Assembly (NCBI GenBank): GCA_013265495.1
Contig: MU058781.1
Location: forward strand, 8,661,009-8,725,008
DNA from: Vicugna vicugna
Lineage: Eukaryota
Length of the DNA: 64,000 nucleotides
Reading direction: 5' to 3'
The position numbers and the translations under genes are program-made. Each line of letters starts with the position of its first letter. Position 1 is the first letter of the stretch. Positions 36,181 through 47,470 of the stretch are shown here, in pieces. Below the pieces are notes generated by a model. It was not told where the DNA came from. It searched no databases and worked only from the letters and a program-made list of their open reading frames with translations.

Positions 36181-39100
36181 CAGCAAGAGTTTTGTTATTA
36201 AATAATCCTCAAACTTTTGGGGGATTTAAATTTTGTCGTATGACCTTATCTTAGCTTTCTCTCTAAGCCCTGCTGGTAACTTCAGTACCTTAGAAGGCTC
36301 TTACAACATCTTGATTCACACCTTGAATTCTGTCTTTTTGGACAGTTTATTCTTATCACTCTGCTCTTACTTTAATTTTTTCTAGGTGTCATTGTTCGAT
36401 AAACATTTGAACTCTTCATACTTGCTGAAATCTTAGTAGCTAAAATTGACGCTTGCATTGTGGTCATTTTGTCTTTTTGAGTCAGTTCTAGGATTTCACA
36501 TAAAGTTTTCCCACCTAGGCATGTGACACAGCTGCTTCTTTGATTTGACCCAACTTCTTTGTTTTAATTTGCTTTTTTCTTTTAAAATGAAAATATTTAG
36601 AGGGGAAGTTACCTACGAGTGAGTATCGGAGGATGCTTGCTTTCTTGAGAGGAACCTGTGTGTGAGAAATGCCTTTGAATGGAGTAGAGAGAAACTTGGC
36701 TGAATTTTTGGTTTTCTTTGTAATTAAGTAGTTAAAACGCCTGTGAAGGATATGTTAAGGAACAACTCCAAGCATTTTGTAGAAAAACTGAGTAAATTAG
36801 CATCACTTTCTAATGTTCTGAAACAGTATTCAAATTGATGTGACTAAATTTACTTAAGTGAAAATTAATGTCTGCAGTGCAATTTACTCTTCTTTTTTTT
36901 TTTCTTTTTGCTTGAGTTTTCTGCCAGTCTTCTCTCACCCTCTGCCCCCAGTATCATGTTGAATTGCTTTACTAGGAAGTTTTCCAGCAGGCCGACCCAG
37001 AGTTGAGGTCTTGTGAATGTCTGTTAATAGGACTGAATTTGTGTGAAGTGAGCAGTTAGTAAGAGATGGAAAAAAAACCTTGGCCTGAAGCCTCTGGTGG
37101 TGGTGGAGGTGGGTGGTCACATATTAAGGAAGTAGTGAATGGCCTTTAAAATTACGTGGGATGAATGAAGTATTGAAGGACGGTCTGGCTGTTTATAGAG
37201 CCTTTAGAAGAAAAAGAAATTAAAGGGAAAAGAAATAAACAATTGGCGTCCAAGTTGCTGAATTACTGTTGCTTCTGTAATGTGTCATGATGTTCTAAAG
37301 CTAATTTGTACAACCCATTTTAGCTTTGAGAACCAGAGGGGGAAGGATTGGGTTCTATGTAGACATATAATTTAATTAATATATATTTTGTAGGTGGGCC
37401 TTTTTTTTGTCACCCGATTTATATGTACATACAATTTAAAAAATATATATGTACATGCTTATATTCCAGAGGTTGGTTCTTTTGCTTGTGAATGACCATT
37501 CTAATTGGCTTTCTGACATGTTGACAGACGAGGCTTTCTATTATGTTTGGGTGGGATGTTTTTCCTCAGCTCAAATAATATTCAACACAGTTGGCACTGT
37601 GGGATTTGGAAAAGATTTTTTGCTCTTAAAGATCATAAACAACATTGAATATTGATTCAATGAATATAGCAATTATTGTATAAAAACATGCCTTTTTCCA
37701 TAGAGGTTTTTCAGTATTGTGAATTCACAAGTGTTCATATAATAGTGAACTATATAAAGCAAACTAGCTTTTGGTTCAGTATTTTGTAATATACAGTAAT
37801 TTTAGCTAATAAAATGGTTAGTAACATTCTTTAGTGGACTAGAACACATGTAAAAACCAGCACGGAGTCGGGGGTTTGTAACTGATTTATAAATAACTGC
37901 TGAAAGCCTCAGGCTTAAAATTAAATTTGGTTTTAACAGGACTGAATTTTATGTGACATTTGTAACAACGTAGAAAGATGTTTATTAAAGATGGTTAAGA
38001 AACCCACTGAGACATATTTGACCATTATTTAGAGGAGATGAAATGTGAATTTACATTGAAAATGGAAAAGATAAAAGATCTTGGATGTGGAACATTTGAT
38101 TACGTCCCATTCTACGAATAGGGCACTCTTATTTTTTCGGCCTTGTATTAAAATCACATATCTCTATTTCAATCACTAACGTCTTTGTCGCCGTCTTCTC
38201 AGTGGTCTCGTGTTATTACCAGTTGATCTGGTCACACGAAGCATTGTCGTTCCCATCTGTTCCTTTCGTTACTTCCTCCTTTAATTGCTTATTACATGGG
38301 ATTGAAATGATGTAAAAACTGGTGTTTTCAGTCTCCTTTTCTCTCCAACTCTGTTGTCCTAATTTCTTCCTCCTTTTCTCTTCAGTCTAGCCGCACGGGG
38401 TGATGAAGTTTGCACTGTCACAAAATAAATAGGCCCTCGCTGAGCAGCCATTGTTTTTCCATCGCAGCACAAGGCATCAGTGGCTACCTGAGGGGGCTGA
38501 ACAGAGAAGTGGTGTGTTAGTGTCTAATGGTGCTTCTTGCTTCTTGGTCCCTTCATAAGCAGAGCATGTTCATTTTCAGTATAAATCAGCTCCAGAATTT
38601 TTCCTTTTCCCTTTCACATGTTGCCCTCAGCGTATATCCTGTTCCTGAGTCCTCATTTCTTCTCCTTTTCCTCCCAAAGACATACCTTCTTTAAGACATC
38701 TCCTTCAGTTTTATTCTTTATTCGGTCAAATAGCAATTGGTTTTAGATGGTCATAATACTGATAACTGCACACATAACGGGTAATGATTTGGAGTAAATG
38801 TTTTTATTCCATGGTCCATAGATTTAAGGGGTTAATTCAAAGCAGCAATTTTGTTTGTAAAATGGTTTTTAAAAGAGATGGTATATAACAAAAGTCTTAT
38901 TCTGCTAGTCTGCTTTTTAAAAAAATAGTTGTTATGTGGTTGAATTTCCTTCCTTTTATCTTTGACCAGATATAATGAGAGACTTTTCTGTTACTTCCTA
39001 TATTGTTTTTAGTGTAGTACATTTTTTCAATTAAAAAAACCAGACTATTGTTAGGTCTGCCCTGCCTCTCTTTAATGAATCATTGGATTGGAAAATAACT

Positions 39101-39699
39101 CATTATATCATCAGGCAGAGATACGTTCCTTTATTTGCATGTAGATGGTGAAGATGAATAATTTATCAGATGTTATTAGTACAGGCTGCATATTACTGAA
39201 GTCTCGGCAGGATATAATGAAATTTGTCTCAGGCTAGTATGAAAATAGCATGCCTTTGCACAGTCATTACTGAACTTTTGGCATCTCTTAGAGAACTATT
39301 ATGTTATCATGACAATCTTGCTCACCTCTTCATTAACTGGACTTGTGATGGAGGAGTTCAGCTTATCTTGAAATCTGTGAAATCTGGTATGCCAAATGCT
39401 TGCTTTGGTCTAGCTATGTCTCTCCATCAGAGCAAGAATTTTCAGAATGAATGAAGTACTTAAAGTTTCTTATTAAAGCGATTAGTGCAGAAAGGCTTTG
39501 ACTGATGGTTTTGTTACTCTTGGTCCTGAAAAGCTGTCTGTACAGGAGATGTTTAACCAATGTATCTCTGTGAAATGAAGGGTGATGAAGCATACATATG
39601 ATTGCTTAGAATCTTAAATCTGTACTAAGTAGGTATTTGAAGTTATTTTAAATAATTGCTTTTAAGGAGTTGGTTTTGACTTGGTTGGGGTACAGTTGT

Positions 39700-41250
39700 G
39701 TGAGAAGGTCAACAAATCTCCTCGCAGGCAACAATAAAGCTGGACAGATGGTCAAAAACCAGTCATCCTGGCACTCTGGAAATTGACTAAAAGCAGTCAG
39801 CAAACTGAGAAGTGTTTATTTGTGAAAACAGCTGAGCTTTGGGTGAGAACAGTGTGAGTTGTGGTGTTTGTGCCTGGGGCTACTCCCATTTTCCTTCCTC
39901 AGCTCTGTGGGCAAGGTTGTTCAACCAGGGTAGAGCAGGCTGTGAGACCCGGTGGCCTCACCGCTGCTCCCATGGAGGCTCATTTGATTTGGAGAATTGT
40001 TAGTTAACGTGGAGATTTTTATGGCAAGTGACCAGGAGTGGTGGGTTGGGAGAGTAGGAGCTGGAGTGTCTCTGGCTCAACCCACTTGAAGTTGTAGGCT
40101 TTTTTGGCACAAGTAATAGACAGCCAGACCAGCCACAGATTTAGCAGGACTTCTGGAAGGTTAGTCAGAGAGAGGATGCTTGATAAGTCTTTGAAAACTG
40201 TGTGTTGCCTGGAGGTTGTGCACATGCACAGCAGGGACTGGAGTGGGCCCAGGCCACCTGCACTTACCCGCCTGCTAGAGGCTGCACGCACATCCTGAGA
40301 AGGTGGGAGGACCCGAGCAAGCCCAGGAGAAAGTAAAAGGTGGGGCAGACTTGAAAAGGCCCTAACCTTGGGTGCTCTCAGTTCATAAATAGATCCATCA
40401 GCACACAGTAGGAATCTTACTGGCTTAAGGTGTTTTAAGTCCCTGGCTTAACAAAAAGCTGTTCAGATGCAGAATTGACTGCTGGGAAGTTATGCTTGGG
40501 AGGGGAAAAAGACGAACTAAAAAGGGGGATCAATGACTATTCATTGTGGACAGGCTTAGACTTAATAGACACAGACATAGATTTAATAGATTTAGCCAGG
40601 TAAGTACTAAACAAAGACAGCAGTAACCTTTGGGGGATAAACCTGAATTGAGAGTTTCTATAATATATTACCTAAAATTTCCAGTATTCAACGAAATACT
40701 ATGATACATACAAAGAAACTGAGTATAACCATATTTTGGGGGAAAAAAAAGCAGTATAGATTGTGAGTTGCCAGAATTGTTGGTTTAGCAGACAAAGACT
40801 TCAAAGAACTAAGTGAAACCATGTCAGAAGCATGTAAGGAAAGGATGGTGACAGTGACTTGAATACAGAATCACAAAAAGACAGAAATTATAAAAAAAGA
40901 ACCCGTAGGAGATCTGGAGTCGCAAAGAACAGTAACTGAAATGAAACATTCGTTAAATGCGCAACTGCTGGTTTGAGACGGCTGAAGGGAAGAGTGCAGT
41001 AAATCTGTGGCTAGACCAAGAGAAATTATCCAACTGGGACAGAACATTGAAAAGGGCCTCCGAGGCCTCTGGGACAACATCTGGCGCACCAGCAGGTGCG
41101 CCCTGGGAGTCGCAGGAAGAAGGTGCAGTAAACAGCAGCAACTACAACAGCAGCCTTGACCAGCGCTGCGTGAAAGCTTCCCAAACTCGATGAAGACCAT
41201 TACTTTTGGATCCAAAAACCTAATGAATCCCATGTAGGAAAATCATAGAG
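39700..41250 (+). mobile_element. Ancient L1 (L1M4-like) 5'UTR and degenerate ORF1
   Basis: 5'-end-like ctctggaaattgactaaaag...gagaacagtgtgag...gcctggggctactcccat; ORF1-like ttagcagacaaagacttcaaa...ctggagtcgcaaagaacagtaactgaaatgaaacattc. Confidence 0.65.
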
Positions 41251-41254
41251 ATCT

Positions 41255-41431
41255 TCGATTAAGTGGATAACACTCAACAGTGTTAGGGAGAGCAGTCTGC
41301 TTTACTCAGTCTGCTGATTCAAATGTCAGTCTCATCCAGAAACACCATCACAGACACACCAAAATAATGTGTAGCTGAATGTCTGGGCACCCTGTGGCAC
41401 AGTCAAGTTTACACATAAAATTAGGCATCAT
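41255..41431 (-). mobile_element. MLT2 (ERVL) LTR fragment
   Basis: tctgctttactcagtctgctgattcaaatgtcagtctcatccagaaacaccatcacagacacacc...tctgggcaccctgtggcacagtcaagtttacacataaaatta. Confidence 0.85.
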
Positions 41432-41469
41432 GATATTTTAGCAAACAGGAATCTAGTTGGCTTATAATC

Positions 41470-42040
41470 ACATGAAAAAGTGCTCAATACTATTAGTCGT
41501 TATGGAATGCATATTCAATCATATGGCAATGATAAACCCATTAGAATAGCTGTTGTCAAAAGTTACAGTATGTGGTCTTGGTGATGATGTGAGGAAATGC
41601 AAACCCTCATACATTGCTGGTAGGACGTAAAATGGTAGCACTACTTCAGAAACACAGTTGTTTCTTATAAAGTTAAATATAAGTTTAACACATGACCCAG
41701 CGAATCTGTTGCCAGGAATCCATCCAAGAGAAATGAACACATATGTCTGCATGGAGACCTGTATTCAGATGTTCATAAAAGCATTATTATGATAGATGTT
41801 AATTGGAAACAATCTAGATGTTCATTAGCTGGTAGACAGATTAACAAAATGTAACATATTTGGTGTCGGAGCAGGGACAGACTATGAATAAGCTTAAGGG
41901 AATTTGGAGGGGTGATGGAAATGTTCTAAAACTGGGTTATGATGATTGTACACCTGTTTAAGTTTGTTTAAAATCATTGAATTATATACTTACAGTACAT
42001 GAGTTGAATAGGATGTACCTCAGTAAAGTTATTAAAGTGA
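41470..42040 (+). mobile_element. Old L1 (L1MB/ME-like) ORF2 end and 3'UTR
   Basis: catgaaaaagtgctcaatactattagtc...ccctcatacattgctggtaggacgtaaaatgg...ggggtgatggaaatgttctaaaactgg...acctcagtaaagtt. Confidence 0.75.
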
Positions 42041-42691
42041 TATGTGTATAAGAGCAAGTGGCAAAGTAAATGAGGAAAATAATTGGGGAATTTGAAGGGG
42101 ATGGGACTCTTTGTACTATTCTTCCATCTTTTCTACAACTCTGTAGTTAACTCAGGATTTTCATGAATCTTAGAAGTGGTTTGATTTTCTTCTGTAATGT
42201 TTTTTAAAAAAATAAGTTTAAAAACTTCGTTCTTAAAAATCCAACCCTGAGGTGTCATTTTCTCTCATCCTTTTTGTTCTTCTTTGATTGACAGTTTGCT
42301 TTGAGCAGGTAACCTGCTTTTGCCGTTGGCCTGCAGGCCCAGTGCCCAGGTGAACCCTTCCTGCTTCATATGCGTATCTGGTCCATGCTAGGGAGCATTC
42401 CTAGCTGGTGGAATGACATTCTGAGGATCTGTGTCTGTTTCTCTCATCTGTGTAGCAGGAATGTGCAAATATTATAAGCGAAGTATTTCTGACTGTAGGA
42501 CTCGAACACAGCTGCTTTTCCCTTAGGTAGTATGTCTTAGGTCCAGTGATCACATCTTCTCTCAGTTGTTTTTATTTATTTTCGTAAAAGAAAAAGTTAA
42601 ATGTAAATATTAACACATTTTTTGGAAAGCGGTAAATTAAAGTGAAGTTATGTGACTCATGCTAATGTATATTTATATGCTTTAATTGAAG

Positions 42692-42812
42692 GTCACTCCG
42701 TGAGACTGCTGGGTCAGAAAAAGGATAATGGAAAACGGCTGGGGGGAGCACGATTAGATTTGCCGAAGATTAGAAAGAATCCGCTGATAGAGATCATTTC
42801 CATCAATACTGG
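42692..42812 (+). CDS. CDKAL1: CDKAL1 internal coding exon (121 nt; about exon 8), leading into the radical-SAM CxxxCxxC region
   Basis: Acceptor tttaattgaAG (42690-42691) and donor GTaagc (42813). Translates (G)[39 protein letters not shown](G), in frame with the previous exon. Confidence 0.97.
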
Positions 42813-45744
42813 GTAAGCTTCTCTCTAACTTACCCTTTCCTATAGTCCATGAATTCTGCTTTTCTTCCTGGCCATGTGACAGAAAAGTAGTTGAACATTT
42901 CTGTGGGAAAGAAAAATCAGAAAGCTCTGAAGCTCATGAATATCGTTCCCTATGAGATGTTCCTTGTATGCAGTTACACTTAGATTTGCAGCAAAGGTTA
43001 CATCTTTAACATTGTTCTACTTTCTCCTTTTTGGTGATAAACATGGATTTTATTTGCTATGCCTTTGGTTAAAATCTTTTTAAGAAGAGTATTTCATTCT
43101 GTGAAATGGTTAATACACCCATCATTTTTGACTGTTTTTTTCAATAGCAAATGTTGTCCAAGATCCTAACTATGTTTTGATGATAAACTATCTGAAATGC
43201 ATATTTTAAAATGTTACTTTTATAAGCCTGCAACTGAAAATAAGCTTTATGACTGAATTATCAAGTACTCTTAATTGCCATGTTAGTCTGAAGTTCTGCC
43301 TGACTGCAGCTCTTGGTGTAATTAGTCATACTTGGTTTTATTTGCATTTATTGAATTTAGTTCCTTTCAATTATGGCTCCATCTGAAAAGTTAACTTATT
43401 TCACACTTTAGATCATCATAGTCTGGAAGTTTGATGAGCCAAGGCCTTCTACTCCTTAATCCTCAGGGAGTCCCCTCTGTTCAGGCAGCTGCCTTACATT
43501 TCGCACAGATTTAAGCCTTCATGCTCCTTTTTTATTTTATCTTCCTTCCCTCTTTGTAAAAATTGCTCTCCTTCTGCCCTGTCCTTTCTTCTTGCTCTTT
43601 CCCACTGAGATCAGGTGAACGTCTCTTTCCTGCTCCAGCATCTTTCTGCCTCTCTCCAAGCCAGGGCCTTCCCCTCCCCCTGTGCGCCTGTGGCTGAGCT
43701 GTCGCTGTTCCCCCTTTTCTCCTGGGCGAGCCTTCAAGCTGCCGCCAGAGACTGGGGACAGTTGAAGAAGACATTTGCTTTTCCCCTAAAAGCCCTTGGG
43801 GACTTTCAGTTGACTTGGTGAACTTGTCCAGGACCAACATCTGGCCTTCAATGTTGAAGATTCAGAAACCTGGACCCATTAGGCTCAGAGACTAGTGAGT
43901 GAGTCAGAAATGAATAGTGAGATGCAGAGTTGTCACACTGACTGACAAATCTGATACACTCTCTCGAGCCTGAGCCAGGTCATACATGTCGGGCTGTTGG
44001 CTGGTCCCTCTGTCTCTGTTTCTCTTCTCCTTCCTTCACATACTGCATTGTTTTTGACTCCTGAATTCCTGTAGAAAACTGCAGCGTCCCTGCATTTCCT
44101 CTCCTCCCTATTGGCCTCATTTTCCTCGCTAATATTCCTCACTGTTGAAACAGACATAGGTCCATTTATGTTGTAACTGCCCACCTCCCCTCACTGGCAT
44201 GTAGTAAGCTCCACGAGGGTAGGGAAATGACTCTCTTGTTTTCCACTGTATCCTTAGTACACAGAAAAATGTACACAGTAGGGATTTAATAAATGTTCAC
44301 TTAGTGATTGAATCAAATCATTGGGTTATGTAATTTGAAAGTTTAATGGGATCACGTTAAACTCTCATCACAGTACAGATTGCCTTGCCAGATTGGACGG
44401 TAATACTTGGAGTTTGGCTAAGCACACTTTCTCTTGAACAGTGTCTTTTGAAGAGCAACGTCAAAATGTTTCTGAGAATCTTTTTTTTTTTAATGCAGGA
44501 CTGATCAACTCCTTTTTGGGTGGGCACATTCCTTTAAGTATGTTAATAGTATGTTAATATTTTAGGGCCTGTCAAACTCTATTATGTGAGAATCCACCAT
44601 GTCAGGATCAAGGTGACTTTGCAGCTACTTTCGAGCTATTGGATGCCAGTTTTCAAAGATGCTTTATTTTTCCAGCCTTTGTACTTCTCCATTTTGTCGC
44701 TCCACACCCACACTCCACTATTCAGACAAACTGAACTACTTGAAGTTCTCAGGCTCAAATCACGGTCCTTCTCTGTCTCAACCACAGGCCTCTCTGCGTG
44801 CCGTAAGGGTCCCCTTGCGTCTTACCGTTTCTCCACTCACTTGGGGGTAATCCTGCCCGACACAGGTGTGTGCCCCATTCTCTGGCTGGCTGCTTATTCC
44901 TGCCCCATCCCTCCTTCCCATGTGTATCTACAAACTTCCCTATTTACTTGATTATCTCAGAACGTGTAGTTTATATTTTCCACTAAGTTGTAAGCTTTGT
45001 TGTTTCTGAAAGTACTTTAAAGCTATGACTGATTTATTTTGCCATACATTTCTCAAAATTTGCCTTTGGTAGCCATTTTAAATGGACTTTAAATTTAAAA
45101 AGCATGAGGCTAAAACTTTTCATGTGCATTTGAATTTTTCTCCTCTTAAAATGAGGCTCTAGACTTTTTAAAAGCTCACTGGATATTTCCTTTCACTCTC
45201 ATCCTCTCACATCTTTCATTTTACAGTGAAGAATTGCCCTTTAGGTGAGTCAATGAACAAGTATTCTTTTGCTATGAAGAGAATTCAGTCCATTCCATCA
45301 CTCATTGAGATAAGAGTTTCTGAACTTCTCTGGCTACTGATCATTTTCCTGAATTCGCTGGAGCCTTATCACTTGTTCTCAGATGAAAGTATCTCCATGA
45401 GTGTTGGTTGGCAGTATCACTCTTAACATCTTTACCTTGAATTTCATTTTTTTAATTGCCTGCAGAGCTCATTGTTTTTTTTCATTTACGTTTAAATGTT
45501 TTAAAAGAGTTCTACTGATAATTTTCTTTTGAGTGAAAAGTATCATCCCCATCAAAATCTTTCAACTTTTCAGTTTTATCTCTTTCAAATGAAATATGGA
45601 TATATATGTTTCATATAAATTTTTTGTTTATCATTTAGGAAAAGGATCCCATTTGCAGCAAATCTTATTACACGTATTGGTAAATTATCTAAGTTACTGT
45701 TAAACTCTACAAAATTTTTATGCTTTTTAAAAAAACTTGAATCC

Positions 45745-45930
45745 TTTTTTCTTGAAGTATAGTCAGTATACAATTTTATGTTAGTTTCTGGTATATAGCA
45801 TACTGTTTCAGTCGTACCTATACATACATGTATTTGTTTTCATATTCCTTTTGATTATAGGTTACTGTAAGATATTGAATTTACTTCCCTGTGCTATACA
45901 GTAGAAACTTGTTTATCTATTTTATTTATT
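45745..45930 (-). mobile_element. L1 3' tail, first of two tandem tails
   Basis: ttgaagtatagtcagtatacaattttatgttagtttctggtatatagca...gatattgaatttacttccctgtgctatacagtagaaactt. Confidence 0.85.
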
Positions 45931-45944
45931 TACTATTCATATTT

Positions 45945-46838
45945 TATTTTATTATTGAAGTACAGTCAGTTTACAGTGTGTCAATTTCTGGTGTACAGCA
46001 TAATGTTTCAGTCATACATATGCATACATATATTCATTTTCATACTCTTTTTCATTATAGGTTATTACAAGATATTGAATATAGTTCCGTGTGCTATACA
46101 GAAGAAACTTACTGTTTATTTATTTTATATATAGTAGTTAGTATCTGCAAATCTCAAACTCCCAGTTTATCCCTTCCCAGCCCCCTTGCCTCCTGATAAC
46201 CATAGGTTTGTTCTCTATGTCTGTGAGTCTGTTTCTGTTTTTTAGGTAAGTTCAGTAGTGCCTTTGTTTTTCTTTTTTAGATTCCACATATGAGCAATAT
46301 CATATGGTATTTTTCTTTCTCTTTCTGGCTTATTTCACTTAGAATGACAATCTCTAGGTCCATCTGTATTGCTGCAAATGGCATTATTTTAATCTTTTTA
46401 TGGCTGAGTAGTATTCCATTGTATAAATATAATCACAGCTTCTTTATCCAATCCTCTGTTGATGTACATTTAGGTTGTTTCCATGTCTTGGCTATTGTAA
46501 ATAGTGTTTCTGTGAACATTGGGGTGCATATATCTTTTTGAATTACAGTTTTCTCCAGATAAATGCCCAGGAGTGGAATTGATGGATCATATGGTAACTC
46601 TATTTTTAGTTTTTTGAAGAACCTCCATACTGTCATCCATAATGGCTGTACCAATTTACATTCCCACCAGCAGTGTAAGAGGGTTCCTTTTTCTCCACAC
46701 CCTCTCCAGCATTTATTATTTGTAGACTTTTTAATGATGGCCATTCTGACTGGTACAAGGTGATATCTCATTTTAGTTTTGATTTGCATTTCTCTAATAA
46801 TTAGCAATGTTGAGCATCTTTTCATGTCCTTGTTGGCT
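45945..46838 (-). mobile_element. 5'-truncated L1 (about 0.9 kb) with ORF2 C-terminal remnant (ORF 46433..46825)
   Basis: ORF reads [23 protein letters not shown]...[25 protein letters not shown], the L1 ORF2 cysteine-rich (CCHC) domain, followed by a complete 3'UTR. Confidence 0.95.
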
Positions 46839-47304
46839 AAAAGTTGTTATGCTTTGTTACAGTTCTAACTTAAAATTTAAAAGGAATATATTATTCTCTT
46901 TAGCCAAGGAAGAAGTTGAAAATTTCTGGTCATGCTAGGTTGTGGATGAGCTAAGAGGACCACTTATCTGATCAAGGGTATATAAGAGTACCTTTACTTC
47001 TTAAATAACATTTATCTTTTCTCTTTATACTCTGTCTTAATTTTATGTTCAAGTATTCATCTTACTTATTATGCTTGTTGTATTGGATATTTTAAATTTG
47101 GCCCACTTGGTGCCTTGTTACAATTTACACTGTTCTTGTTTTTTGTTAGCCACCATTTGTCTAATATACGTCTTATGTCTGGACTGTCTCTGTGGGTTAA
47201 GACTCCCTGTAGACATGAATAGGCACTTATTTTTCTAGTGGGAGGATAAGACAGCTATATGGACATGACTCTGAAATACAGTCGAGAGTGAGGTTAATTG
47301 TTGC

Positions 47305-47470
47305 TAGTGTATCTCGAGTGCTTAATGTGTGCCAGACACAATTCTGGTAATTGTATATTTTTTCCTGTATTTAATCCTCACAACTGCTTCATGAGATTTT
47401 TTAATAGATGAGGAAACTAAGTTACAGAGAGGTTAAGTGACTTCATGTTGTCCTCCAGCTAGTAAATGAC
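47305..47470 (-). mobile_element. MIR SINE
   Basis: atttaatcctcacaac...tagatgaggaaactaagttacagagaggttaagtgactt...cagctagtaaatgacag. Confidence 0.8.

Noticed and set aside
38395..38505. Box C/D snoRNA (GTGATGA at about 38400 with downstream CTGA motifs)
   Set aside because: There is no terminal stem, no guide sequence I recognise, and it is far from a 3' splice site; the motifs are expected by chance.
7612..42691. Two complete introns of nearly equal length (17548 and 17483 nt)
   Set aside because: They share no visible sequence or repeat order, so this is a coincidence and not a duplication.
42680..42691. U12-type intron as the explanation for the weak acceptor
   Set aside because: The upstream donor is GTAATT, not GTATCCTT, and there is no TCCTTAAC branch site.
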